From the NCBI GenBank assembly GCA_965261345.1, contig OZ253449.1, positions 1,280,001 through 1,344,000 on the forward strand: a DNA stretch of 64,000 nucleotides, in the 5' to 3' direction. This document shows positions 10,980 to 22,780 of the stretch, one piece after another. The notes under the pieces were generated by a model. That model made no database searches and was not told where the DNA came from. It worked only from the letters and a program-made list of their open reading frames with translations. The translations under genes and the position numbers were made by a program. Position 1 is the stretch's first letter, and every line of letters starts with the position of its first letter. This DNA comes from Chloroflexota bacterium. Lineage in GTDB: Bacteria; Chloroflexota; UBA11872; VXNJ01.

Positions 10980-11328
10980 CTGCAGATTTAGTCGCTCGAA
11001 TCCGGTTTACCTAGCTTTAATAGCAAAAGCAATTCCCCGGCCGAACCCGATGTGAGATGATTCACGTGCGCCTGCGACAACCAGGCGATGGTATTGGGCT
11101 ATTTTTTCGAATTGGCCCTTATTCGATTGGGCGCCAATGCCCGAACGGTGCATGCCCGCAGTTCAAAATTGGGCCTGAGCCCACGGTGGCGCATACGAAC
11201 GGTTGAGAATAAACATCGACGACATGCGGCCTCACCGCGTTGGCCAAGAACCCAGGCTGCTGTGGTGGGCAAATGCCTAAGTTGAGTTCCACCCAGCCCT
11301 GCCAACGCATCCGACAGGGATCGATCTC

Positions 11329-12429
11329 GTGAAAATCACAAATGTCAAGGTCGAAATGTTCACTTGGCGATCGGAACCGTGGAAAACCGGCGTCGGAACG
11401 AACTTTGGGAATGCGCGGCAACTCGGGGTCGTGTGCATTGAAACCGACGCAGGAATCACCGGCAATTCATTTCTAGGCTCCTCGAACGTGGGTGCTGACC
11501 ACTACGTCCCCGGACTGATCAGTTACCTCAAACCGCTCCTGATTGGCCGTAATCCACAGGACATTGGGGCCATCTGGTGGGACATGTGGAAGCAGGTTCG
11601 CTCGGTGTCCAGCCACGCGATCGGCGCCATCGACATCTGTTTGTGGGACATCAACGGCAAGATTGCCGGCCTGCCGATCCATCGGCTGCTCGGCACCTGC
11701 AAGGATTCCGTGCCTGTGTACTCCTCGACCGCCTACTGGGAGGCCATTCCGGAATACGTTGAGGAAGCGCTACGTTTCAAGGCGATGGGCTGGACTGCCC
11801 ACAAGATCCACCCTCATGGAAACGCCAAGGCCGACATCGCGATTTGTCGGGCGGTCCGCGCTGCGGTCGGTAGCGAGATGAAGCTGATGCTCGACTCGAT
11901 GTGGGCGTACCAGTATGAGGACGCCTTGCGCGTTGGCCGAGTTCTTGAGGAACTCGACTTTTACTGGTACGAGGATCCCCTAGTTGAAGAGGACGTTTAC
12001 AACTACGTCAAACTGCACCAGAAGTTAGACATTCCGATCATGTCAACCGAATTTGCGCCCGGAAAGTTTTACGGGATGGCCAACTGGATTACCCAGTACG
12101 CGACCGATTTCTTGCGCGGCGATGTCGCAGTCATTGGCGGGATAACGCCGATGGTTCGGCTTTGCCATCTGGCCGAGGGTTTCAACATGAAGTGCGAAAT
12201 ACATCACGGTGGCAACTCCCTCAACAATGTCGCAAACCTACACATTACGATGGCCGTGCCCAACTGCGAGTTCTTCGAATTCTTTCCCTGCAGCGGCGCG
12301 AATATGTACGGATTAGTCGAAGACATCGACATGGCCGGTGGGAGGGTTTCCGCTCCAACTGAACCCGGTCTCGGCTACCAGATCGATTGGGATTTTGTCC
12401 AACGGGAGTACATCGCAACCATCGAGTGA
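11329..12429 (+). CDS. Mandelate racemase/muconate-lactonizing enzyme family (enolase superfamily)
   Basis: AIGAIDICLWDINGK, LMLD, WYEDP, GGITP motifs; substrate unknown. Confidence 0.9.
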   Translation: MKITNVKVEMFTWRSEPWKTGVGTNFGNARQLGVVCIETDAGITGNSFLGSSNVGADHYVPGLISYLKPLLIGRNPQDIGAIWWDMWKQVRSVSSHAIGAIDICLWDINGKIAGLPIHRLLGTCKDSVPVYSSTAYWEAIPEYVEEALRFKAMGWTAHKIHPHGNAKADIAICRAVRAAVGSEMKLMLDSMWAYQYEDALRVGRVLEELDFYWYEDPLVEEDVYNYVKLHQKLDIPIMSTEFAPGKFYGMANWITQYATDFLRGDVAVIGGITPMVRLCHLAEGFNMKCEIHHGGNSLNNVANLHITMAVPNCEFFEFFPCSGANMYGLVEDIDMAGGRVSAPTEPGLGYQIDWDFVQREYIATIE

Positions 12430-12850
12430 ATTCGTAGATTGATGCGGTCGGGTCGGCGCCCTCGTGAGAGCATGGGGAATTCGCGACCGGAAAAAGATTG
12501 CGTATTCTGTGGTTTCAACAGCCTGGACAGACAGGTCTGCGGTCGGCTCAAGGCGATGTCGAAAAGGCGAGCCAACCAACGTCCAAAACACTGGCGTTTA
12601 TATACGTAACTAGACCTACGCCGACTGCATCTCAAAATGCCCGGCGGATCTCATACACATGATTTTCGGCGCCGAGTCGCAGCCGATCGGCCAGACTCGC
12701 TCCCAGCGGAAATTGACGCCGAGATCGTAACGGGTCCTCCATATAAGGAAGGGGGCTGCCGATTTCTGTTCAATCGCGCAGCCGACAGCGTTGCTGTGCG
12801 CACGTATCGCCTGGCGACAACTGCTCTCCTAAAAGTAGTCTGAAAGGCGG

Positions 12851-14761
12851 TTGTCCGGCGGAGTCAAGTCAAGCAGTGCGAACCGAGAAGGAAGGAAGGC
12901 CATTGTGAGTGTGGTGACAGCAGTGGCGGCCCTTGCCGCCATCAGCTTGCTTTTCGCGATGGACCCAGGCGGGGCAATCGCCGAAAGCGGCTTTCCCGAC
13001 TTCCGGGAGATGGACTGGAAGCAGCTGGCGGTCTGGGGCTTCCGCACGATAGGCGTAGTCGTAGCGCAGCTGCTCTTCATCGTGCTGTGGTTGTGGCCCA
13101 AGTTCCGGCCCCCGCAGGCGTCCGAGGAGCATCGACGCCCGTGGGACTCGGGGCCCCCACAGCCCGGTTCAATGCCCGCGGCGGCGGTATCTGCGCTGGA
13201 AGGCCACATGATATGGAGTCCGACGCTGCTGGCCTCCATCATCGAGATGTGCCAGCGCGGCACGCTGCGAATCGAAGCCGTCGGAACAAGGGTCGGCTTC
13301 CTGTACCGGCTGTCTAGGCAGGCTCCCGTACAGCATGACTGGGAGCGGACGATATGCGAAAGCATGCCGTCGCGCGCCACAACTGTTGATGCGCTCCATG
13401 AAGCGGTAAAGAAGCGCGAGGATGCCATCGGCGACCAGATAGGGGACTACCTGCAGCATCGCGGCCTTTTCCATGACAATCCGTTGCGAGTCAGGAGGGA
13501 AAACGACGACGATGCAATCGGATGGGGGATGCTGGCCGGCGCCTTGATGGGCGTTGGCAGCGGGCTTTGGGCGGCTCTGTGGCTGGACCAGTGGTGGGCG
13601 AACGCCCTGATCGGCGCGTTCACAGGTTTCGCATATTTGATGATGGCGCCGTCGATACGAACCGGCATGGTGCCGACAACGCAGAGGGGAGCGCATGAGA
13701 TAAGTCAGTGGCTGGGCTGGAAAAAGACTCTGGCCGGATCTGCCCCGCCCTATGCCCAGCACCAAGCTGCTTCCATGTTGCCCTATGCCGTGGCGCTGAA
13801 TGTGGCCCAGCCATGGCTTGACGTGGCAGGCTCGGCTCCGCCGTGGTTCGGATCAGGCAGCGCATCCTCCCTGCAGGGCGCCGACCTGGACGCGGCCTAT
13901 CACGGTTTCATGCACGCGCCGGAGTGGTACCTGAGCGGAAGGTCGGGCGATGCGGCGAAAGCGGCCGCCGGGATTGGTCATGAGCTCGAGCTACTCGAAT
14001 TGGAGTCGCCGGATACCGGGAAGACCGTGCACAGGGAGACCGCCGACGAAATCCAGGACATAGCCCGTGATCCGGATTCACAGCACAGTTCTTGGGAAGG
14101 TGCGCGACCGCCACCATCGGGCGGGTTTCAACAGTACAAGGGAGAAAGACTGATTGAGGAACCGAAGAGCGGCGGGGGCCTGCGCGGGTGCTTCATATGG
14201 GTGGTAAGCCTGGTAGGCGTAGGGGTGGTGGTCTTGGTCGTCCTGTTCAGCCTCGATGTGGTCTCGCCTCGCGACAAACCGTGTCCCTTGGACTCTCCCG
14301 CGATCCCGACGCCCGTGCAGATTGCGGTGGTCGGCGACCTGTTCCGCGATAAGTGCGTGAGGGTCGGTGGCACGGTCGTGTTCCAGGACACCTACGAGCT
14401 GGTGGTGGAGATGAATCGGGGCGAGTACGTGCAGCGGGTGAACGTACGCGACCCGTCGCAGGTTCTCGAAGCGATCCCTTTTGGCCGCGTGGTGACTCTG
14501 GCTGGGCGGCTCATGGTGGAGGAGGACGGAGCATACGCAGTCCACTTCGTACCGGACCATAGATCGGACCGGGAGTGGTGGCGGAACCTCCGGGACAACC
14601 TTGAAGAGTTGTTCCAGGTTGCTGTGGGTGCGACAGGCTTTGGTGATGCAACGGGCCCGGCAAAACTGGGTGTCGCTGTTCAACCGGTCAATTCACGCAC
14701 CACCCGCGCGGTTCTGATTGGATATAACGACGACCGGCAAATTCTCGTCGGGCGACGCTAG
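12851..14761 (+). CDS. Membrane protein, DUF2207-like region plus unrelated C-terminal extension
   Basis: ASIIEMCQRGTLRI and MLPYAVALNVAQPW..PPWF resemble DUF2207; start uncertain. Confidence 0.55.
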   Translation: MSGGVKSSSANREGRKAIVSVVTAVAALAAISLLFAMDPGGAIAESGFPDFREMDWKQLAVWGFRTIGVVVAQLLFIVLWLWPKFRPPQASEEHRRPWDSGPPQPGSMPAAAVSALEGHMIWSPTLLASIIEMCQRGTLRIEAVGTRVGFLYRLSRQAPVQHDWERTICESMPSRATTVDALHEAVKKREDAIGDQIGDYLQHRGLFHDNPLRVRRENDDDAIGWGMLAGALMGVGSGLWAALWLDQWWANALIGAFTGFAYLMMAPSIRTGMVPTTQRGAHEISQWLGWKKTLAGSAPPYAQHQAASMLPYAVALNVAQPWLDVAGSAPPWFGSGSASSLQGADLDAAYHGFMHAPEWYLSGRSGDAAKAAAGIGHELELLELESPDTGKTVHRETADEIQDIARDPDSQHSSWEGARPPPSGGFQQYKGERLIEEPKSGGGLRGCFIWVVSLVGVGVVVLVVLFSLDVVSPRDKPCPLDSPAIPTPVQIAVVGDLFRDKCVRVGGTVVFQDTYELVVEMNRGEYVQRVNVRDPSQVLEAIPFGRVVTLAGRLMVEEDGAYAVHFVPDHRSDREWWRNLRDNLEELFQVAVGATGFGDATGPAKLGVAVQPVNSRTTRAVLIGYNDDRQILVGRR

Positions 14762-14784
14762 CGGAAAAGGGGCCCGCCAAGTTG

Positions 14785-14949
14785 CTAACTGTCTGAGCTG
14801 CGTTTCGGCTTCCTTCGCCGCTTCCGGTCCGCATCGCGAAAGATCGCCCGCGCCAATTCCTTGGCGCTGCTAAGAAACTTAGCCGAAGGTTTGCCGCTGC
14901 TGCGTGCGCGGCGCGACTGCTTCTTGGCGTCGCCTGACGAATCCTGCAT
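14785..14949 (-). CDS. Small basic hypothetical protein (54 aa)
   Basis: MQDSSG...AKELARAIFRDADRKRRRK; G-rich RBS-like run upstream. Confidence 0.35.
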   Translation of the reverse strand: MQDSSGDAKKQSRRARSSGKPSAKFLSSAKELARAIFRDADRKRRRKPKRSSDS

Positions 14950-15235
14950 TTGCCCGCCCCCTGTATACCACATATGGTAAAGGGGGTTAAGCCCTAGTAA
15001 CAACTATCGCAGGGCCGAGCAAAGTGTCTAGGAAAGTAGATAATCCCCAAAACACTGGACATAATGCAGTTTATGTCTTGTCGGACGCCAATTCATTGCT
15101 TCGCCCAATCAGTTTTTTCGAATTCCCGCGTCAGCTACCTGCATCTGCTAGCCTGCATCTGCTAAAACTCCACTTCGCCGGGTCAGCATCAAAATGGCCA
15201 TTGTTGTGGCGTTTTAACGTCCCGTAGCAGACTAG

Positions 15236-16018
15236 CTACGAAGGGTTGACCACCGAGGTAATCTCATCAGCGATTTCTTCAATCGTGTGCGTTGCGGTGC
15301 TCCGAGCCAGTTTGGCGGCGAGCGATGGACTGCGTTTGAGTAATTCTGCTTTGGTTAGGTTGTGCCAAATGGGCAGCAAAGCTTGGTCATCGTCTGAACT
15401 CAAGTCTCGGGAAACCAGCCCATCCAATTCGTACTGCGGCCACTCTTTATCGAAGAATTCCGGCGAAAGGACAACTACGCCGAAACGACTATTGGCCAAT
15501 CCCGCGTCAATCTTCCTTCGGAGGTTTCCGCCAATTCGCAATTCGAATTCGTCGAACCAAACTCGCAAGTCTCGATCCTCGAGAGCCTGTGCCAGTGGCC
15601 GCACAATATCGTCCTTGTTTTCGCTGGCGTAAGAAATGAATACATCGAAAACTTGACTGGGTCCACCATTTTTTCCATTTGACTGGATTGACTGGTCGCG
15701 GACCAAAGAAGGGACTGATGAAAGCGGGCGCTCTCGAATTTCGGGTAGCGGACGAGGCAATATCCGAATGGAAGCGTTTGTACGCCCTTTTAGGCCCTGC
15801 ATATCGACCGCCACATGCCAATTCCCAGAGTGCGGTATTGCCAGGTGCACGGGTGATCGCCTAGCCATCCCACCTACATATTGGTGCTTGCGCCCGCTTT
15901 TGTATGCAGTGAAATTCGAGCTGTCCAATAGTTGGACGTTTGCCGCGTTCCCAGTGAGGGTGACTTCGACGACTTCGCCGCGTTCGCGGTATCCAATGTT
16001 GCTGTGAATGAAATTCAA
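15236..16018 (-). CDS. DUF1883-like N-terminal domain fused to a TIR domain (probable defence protein)
   Basis: FDVFISYASENK, VWFDEFELRIG, SRFGVVVLSPEFFDKEWPQYELDGL (TIR box motifs, catalytic Glu); N-terminal ANVQLLDSSNF..Y..GR. Confidence 0.85.
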   Translation of the reverse strand: MNFIHSNIGYRERGEVVEVTLTGNAANVQLLDSSNFTAYKSGRKHQYVGGMARRSPVHLAIPHSGNWHVAVDMQGLKGRTNASIRILPRPLPEIRERPLSSVPSLVRDQSIQSNGKNGGPSQVFDVFISYASENKDDIVRPLAQALEDRDLRVWFDEFELRIGGNLRRKIDAGLANSRFGVVVLSPEFFDKEWPQYELDGLVSRDLSSDDDQALLPIWHNLTKAELLKRSPSLAAKLARSTATHTIEEIADEITSVVNPS

Positions 16019-16698
16019 TTCGCCGGTGCCCCGCGATACAAATGTGGGAACAAACTTAGCAATTGGACTTTGTGATTCGCCTGTCTTCCGGAGCCTTTGC
16101 GAACCGCCGAATTAATCACTGCGCTCGCGGCACTGCACAGTCGTTCGGCTTGATTGGCGTTGCCTGTTTCGCTCGAGCGGTCGAGGCCTTGAATCGGGAT
16201 TGTTCAAGAGAAAGTCAATCGTCATTCGGCATTAATCACGTTATGGCTAATCTGGTTTTTCTGGCAGCAGAGGTCGATGATAGGTAATTCTCCATTGAGT
16301 TCAAGCTTAGTCGGGGTGGAGACCATCCCGGACCCGAGCAAATCTGCCGATTTGAATAATACCGGCCTCAATGAACTGCCGGCCACGCTTGTGTGCGAAT
16401 TGCACGCGGAGCGATTTGAGCAAATGTGACTGATCGCACCGAATTGAAATTTCTATAGCGAATATATATCCGTGCGGTAATTGATCGTCTGCGCGGCAAT
16501 TGGCGCTCGGGCGATCAGGAGTCTGCGAGAAAGCCTCACACGTTGGATTTCTGGTCCAAAATTGATCCCGAATTGACGGGGTTTCGACCAAGAGTTTGAC
16601 CCTTTGTTGCCAATGATGGATCCACTCTGGCAATCCAGCGTCTTGACACCCATTAATCGAAACTCACCCAGGATTAGGTTCGGATTATTTGAGGCCCT

Positions 16699-18204
16699 AT
16701 GAGCAAACTTGATGGCCCTTGCGATCTATTGGAACTTTCGGCCAATTCGGCTCGCGAGGAATTGTTGCGATCGGAAAACTATTGCACTTTTGATTTGCCC
16801 GATTACTTCACGTTTTCCGCATTGATTGCAGACGCACACTCTGCTGTGACTGGAAAGACTCGACGGGAGGTAGGCAGCAGCAAAGCGCGTGATTATGAAG
16901 ACGTCAATTTTTTGGTCGCACACAACAAAGATGGGCGACTGGCGTGGCGCCCTTGGGCACTCGTCCATCCAGTCCTGTACGCGGCCTTGGTGGACGTGAT
17001 AACCATAGATGCGAATTGGGAGTTGATTCAACGGCGATTTTTCAAATTGAATTGCGAGCCCGATATTCGATGCTCCAGTCGTCCAGTTGTCGGAATGACT
17101 TCCAAAATGCGGAAGGATTTGGAAATCCACCGGTGGTGGGAGGGGGCAGAGCAGGCTTCAATCGAATTGGCGCTGCAATATTCTTACGTCGTGCATACCG
17201 ACGTCACCAACTGTTATCAATCTATTTACACGCATTCGATCGCCTGGGCAATTCACACAAAGGAAGTTGCTAGAGCGAATAAAGACGATCAACAATTGAT
17301 TGGAAATGTCATTGACAAATATTTGCAGGACATGTCCCTTGGGCAAACGAATGGAATTTGCCAAGGCTCGATATTGATGGATTTGATTGCCGAATGCGTT
17401 CTGGCTTACGCGGACGAGCAATTGGCATCGAATCTAAAGGGTAGCTACGATGGGAAATACAAGATCTTGCGACACCGCGATGATTACAGGATTTTTGTCA
17501 ATGATCCTAAATTGGGCGAAGAGATATTGAAAGCGCTTTCCGATGTGTTGAGAGCATTGGGAATGTCCCTAAACTCCGGCAAGACGGAAACCAGTGACGA
17601 CGTGATCGGGGCAGCGATTAAGCGTGACAAACTTGCGTGGCTTTGGCGCAATAAACCAGAGGGCGATCTGCAGAAAAAACTGTTGGCGTTACGGGCGCAT
17701 GGACTCGAGTATCCAAATGGCGGATCCGTAGAGACCGGGCTGCATGAATGCTACGAGAATTTCAATGGCGGGGTAATGGAGGGGGCAATTCTCCCGACGA
17801 TTGCCATCGTGGCGGATATCGCGGTTAGGAATCCGCGCGCCTATCCGATTGCGGCATCGCTAATCAGCTTGTTGATTGGGCAATTGGAGGAAGGGAGTGC
17901 TAAACAGGACGCAATGAGAGCCGTTGAGGATCGTTTTCGTCGCGTTCCGAAAGCGGAATTGATGCACGTTTGGGTAAATAGGGTCGGAATAAAGCTTGGA
18001 TATGACGCGTTCGCCGAATCTTCATTGTGCAAATCTGTCAGCAATGGGTCGGCGGAGATTTGGGCACACGATTGGATTTGCGATGCCCAACTGAAATCAA
18101 AAATGTTGAGTGGAACCATCGTTGACAAAATGCGGATTGCCGAGTTGCCAGAGATGGTGTCAAAAGAAGAGGTAGAGGAACTCACCTTTGTTTATGACGG
18201 ATAA
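16699..18204 (+). CDS. Reverse transcriptase, Abi/UG (defence-associated) class
   Basis: TDVTNCYQSIYTHSIAWA, NGICQGSILMDLIAE, ILRHRDDYRIF, GMSLNSGKT; helical C-terminal domain; no intron maturase/endonuclease domain and no retron VTG motif. Confidence 0.88.
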   Translation: MSKLDGPCDLLELSANSAREELLRSENYCTFDLPDYFTFSALIADAHSAVTGKTRREVGSSKARDYEDVNFLVAHNKDGRLAWRPWALVHPVLYAALVDVITIDANWELIQRRFFKLNCEPDIRCSSRPVVGMTSKMRKDLEIHRWWEGAEQASIELALQYSYVVHTDVTNCYQSIYTHSIAWAIHTKEVARANKDDQQLIGNVIDKYLQDMSLGQTNGICQGSILMDLIAECVLAYADEQLASNLKGSYDGKYKILRHRDDYRIFVNDPKLGEEILKALSDVLRALGMSLNSGKTETSDDVIGAAIKRDKLAWLWRNKPEGDLQKKLLALRAHGLEYPNGGSVETGLHECYENFNGGVMEGAILPTIAIVADIAVRNPRAYPIAASLISLLIGQLEEGSAKQDAMRAVEDRFRRVPKAELMHVWVNRVGIKLGYDAFAESSLCKSVSNGSAEIWAHDWICDAQLKSKMLSGTIVDKMRIAELPEMVSKEEVEELTFVYDG

Positions 18205-18390
18205 ATTATTCGAAAAATCCGGGTTGTGACGTTTAAGTGATTGTCAGATGCAGATAGCGGTAGTGAATGCAACGAACCGTCGATTGGAAGTAAACATAAT
18301 CACGTTTATCTCTAATGCCTATCGACTCCGAATGAAGGACTGTCGATAGAGGGCCAGGCGGCCTTGCCGCTAAACGTTTAAGCCGTTACT

Positions 18391-18549
18391 GATCACGTCC
18401 CCTGGAGTGGTGTAAGAGCACCAGCTTGATCAACTAAGCCAACGCGATGACAAAGGGCCATCGTGTAAACCTCTACGGAGTCACTTCACTTACTTCGTCG
18501 AGGAACCATCGATGGCCCAACTTGATTATCAGACTTTGCTTGCCATTAT
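18391..18549 (+). mobile_element. IS256-family left-end fragment
   Basis: Near-identical to 45209-45367 (GATCACGTCCCCTGGAGTGGTGTAAG...ATGGCCCAACTTGATTATCAG). Confidence 0.85.
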
Positions 18550-18583
18550 TGGCCGGCTCCCCCTCATTGGTACCAGAGGGAAG
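18550..18583 (+). mobile_element. Isolated IS3-family left terminal inverted repeat
   Basis: TGGCCGGCTCCCCCTCATTGGTACCAGAGGGAA, identical to the IS end at 53663. Confidence 0.85.
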
Positions 18584-19110
18584 GGAAGAGAGCGCCGGTA
18601 TGGCTGGGGTGCGCGGGGCGACCAGATCAGCAACGTCCTGACAATCAAAGCGCTTCCCCTGGTCTAAGAGATTGGACAGGGCCTCATCGACATCGGCCTC
18701 CATGGTAGTGGCCGCCAATTGCAGGATGCGCAGGTAATTGACGTCGGCGCTGTGCTGACCGCGCCACTGGCAAAGCGCATCGTAGGCGCGGCGGAAGGTA
18801 AGGGTGGGGAAGAGCTGCTCGCGCCAGCGGTAGCGGGCAAAGGCGCCGGGCTCCAAGCACCAGCGATCCGATCACGTGGCGGTAATTGACGCGGGCCCGC
18901 AATGCTCCCGTGGCGCGCTCTAGGCGCTCGACCAATCGGCCCTTGTAGTACACGTCCAGGTGATCGGCATAGAGACGGACTTCCACCTTCTGTCCGATCA
19001 GGCGTGGTGGTACCGTGTAGGTGCGGCCCGAGATTTGGATGGTGCTCCATTTGCGCACCACCGCGCATTGACTCACTGTTTTTGTAACCCAAACAGGGCC
19101 GTTGCCTCAC
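18584..19110 (-). pseudogene. istA: IS21-family istA 3' fragment, frameshifted
   Basis: VRKWSTIQISGRTYTVPPRLIGQKVEVRLYADHL and PGAFARYRWREQLFPTLTFRRAYDAL in two frames. Confidence 0.75.
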
Positions 19111-19111
19111 T

Positions 19112-19450
19112 AGCAACCGTGTCAAAAGTCAAACCCGCCGGGGTGGGATCAGAGAGGGTCCGGGAGATAAGGGAGGAGTGAAATCAGCTCCCTTTGTCAG
19201 GCGCATACCCTGCAAAGACCCATGCGCTGGGTACGGCTTCGCCAGGGACCTTGCCGGGCGCCTTGCCCGGCGTTGACAAAAAGCAGATTGGCTTCAGACC
19301 ACCGGGTGCTCCCCGCGCCGGGGTCGCTCCGGATATCGCGGCCGGCTACGCGGGCGCCTGCTCCCGCCAGGGCTCACCGCGGCCGGCCACCGAGTTAAGG
19401 GCGATCAACAGCTTGCGCATGCAGGCGGTCAACGCCACCTTTTTTGGCTT
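19112..19450 (-). mobile_element. IS110-family 3' fragment (transposase tail plus right end)
   Basis: Minus strand encodes [20 protein letters not shown]; non-coding tail resembles 22570-22795 and ends TTGACTTTTGACACGGTTGCT. Confidence 0.8.
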
Positions 19451-19574
19451 ACGAACGGCCAGTCTAACTGGCATTGGACAGCGGGTGAAAGTCCCGCATG
19501 CTGAAAGGAAAGGAGCCAATCCGCAGCACTCCGCGAGTCATGCGTGACCGGTCGCGAGGCCGGGCATGAAGCGT
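19451..19574 (+). mobile_element. Probable group II intron 5' (domain I) fragment
   Basis: GCGGGTGAAAGTCCCGC hairpin and CGAGTCATGCGTGACCGGTCGCGAGGCCGGGCATGAAGCGT resemble bacterial group II intron domain I; truncated by IS256. Confidence 0.45.
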
Positions 19575-21326
19575 GGACGTGTCCCACGGTGTGGTGTAAC
19601 TAAGCCGTCCTCTACGTTTAGGGGTTCGGCAGCTGCAACTCTACAGAGTTGCAGCTGCCGGCAGGGCCGGCAGATGGTTGCTGGGGCTTGCTGGGGGAGT
19701 TTCGAGTCCTTGGCTGTGACGGCGACTGCCGGTAAGGCGTCCATCATTTTGCCAGTTGCGACCATGGCGCGGTCGTGGTCATATGGGCTTCCATGGGTCC
19801 GAAGGCCGGCCCCGGCCCGTAACGGCTCGCATTCGGGCTCACCGGGCCGGGTTTGTTGGGAAAGTCGGCCCAATTCGACGCTAGTGATCCTTATTTAGGC
19901 CCAGCTAGCGCCAAGCCGGGCGCACGACCTTCCATTTCCCTGGAGGGCGCTACGGCCCCCGGCGGCGGTTGCTACCCCGCCGGCAATGCCAGCGGGGACT
20001 GCCTCTCTCCCGGAGATGGGGGTTGGCCGATTAAGGCCATCGAGTGCCTGGACATATAGCGGCGCTCGGATGCGAGCCATTCGTCGTTCTGCTCAATTAG
20101 GACCGCTCCGATAAGGCGCAGGACCGAGTCATCGTCGGGGAAGAGCTGTACTACCCGGGTGCGGCGCTTTAGCTCGCCCATAACGCGCTCTAGGGGATTG
20201 GTGGACCAGATCTTGCGCCAGTGCGAAGGCGGGAAGGCGGTGTAGGCAGTCAGGGCGATCTCGGAGTCCTCGAGGATCGTGGACAGTTCCGGATACTTGC
20301 GCTCTAAGCGATCGGCGAAATCTCCGAAGGCGTCCATGGCGCTCTGCTTGTCAGCCTGCCCAAACAGCGACGCCAGTCCGGCTGCCACCAGCCCGCGGTC
20401 GCCGCTTCTGACCCTTGGTAGAAGATTGCGCCCAAAGTGTGTCCTGCACGTCTGCCAGGCGGCCTCGGGAATAAGCTTTGTCACCGCGTTGCCGATGGCT
20501 TGGTTCCCATCGGAGATCACCAGCCGCACGCCGGATAGACCGCGCGTTACCAGGGAGGCGAGCAAGTCCTCCCCGAAGCCCTGCGCTTCGCTGTGGCCGA
20601 TTGCAAGCCCCAGCAGCTCGCGATGGCCGTTCTCGTTTACGGCCATTGCTATGCCCACCGCCCGCGACCTTACCGCATGCGCGTTTCGGGCTTTTACGTA
20701 GGTGGCGTCGAGATAGAGGTACGGGAAGGTCGTATGCGAGAGATCGCGTTCGCGGAAGGCATTGACCAGCTCGTCGATGCCTTTGCAGATCCTTGACACC
20801 TCGGACCTGGAGATCCCGGCGTTTACTCCCATCGCCTCCACCAGCTTGTCGACCTTGCGGGTGGAGACGCCCTTGCTGTAGGCGGTCATGATGACGCCGT
20901 AGAGGGCCTGGTCGATGCGGCGCCGCCGCTCCAAGAACTCGGGGTAGTAGCTGCCTTGGCGCAGCTTGGGCAGGGCAATCTCGATGTCGCCCGCCCGGGT
21001 GGAGAGGGTGCGCTTGCGCGAGCCGCCAAAGCCGATTGCGACGCTCGCCGTTGCGCTCGTGCGGTTGGGCGCCGATGTTTTCGGCCAGGCCGGCGTCAAT
21101 AAGTTCCTGGTAGGCGTGCCGTACGGCGCTGCGGACGAATTCGCTGCTGTCAAACCCTTGCTTGGCGATAAGGGCAAGCAAGGTCTGATAATCAAGTTGG
21201 GCCATCGATGGTTCCTCGACGAAGTAAGTGAAGTGACTCCGTAGAGGTTTACACGATGGCCCTTTGTCATCGCGTTGGCTTAGTTGATCAAGCTGGTGCT
21301 CTTACACCACTCTAGGGGACGTGATC
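19575..21326 (-). mobile_element. IS256-family element, copy 1 (transposase with internal frameshift)
   Basis: 25-bp imperfect terminal IRs; YLYLDATY, VISDG, WQTCRTHF, STNPLER motifs; near-identical to 45209-46960; no matching target duplication. Confidence 0.92.
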
Positions 21327-21382
21327 CCGCCGCACCCAGCGCTACGTCCCAAAACCCGATCCGAAAGAGGACAACCTCGTAG

Positions 21383-22570
<1,188 letters not shown>

Positions 22571-22774
22571 ACGCCTTGTAGGTCCCGACCGCTCTGCGAG
22601 CAAGGTCCCGGGCGAAGCCCTTGTCCGGGATCGGGCTCTCGCGGCGATTCCGCATCCGGTTACCGCTTCTCGATCGAGCCCGATCGGGGCTGCGTTCGCT
22701 ATGAACCGCGGTCGGGGCGCTGGATATCTCCTCCCCTATCTCCCCCGGACCCCTCTCATCCCACCTCTACGCAT

Positions 22775-22780
22775 TTGACA
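22775..22780 (+). promoter_or_regulatory. Outward-facing -35 hexamer (TTGACA) of the IS110 circle-junction promoter
   Basis: On circularisation it lies 17 bp from TATCTT (21421-21426). Confidence 0.7.

Noticed and set aside
16019-18204. Retron, DGR or group II intron interpretation of the RT
   Set aside because: No VTG motif, no clear msr/msd a1/a2 inverted repeat, no TR/VR pair with adenine-specific differences, no maturase or intron domain V nearby
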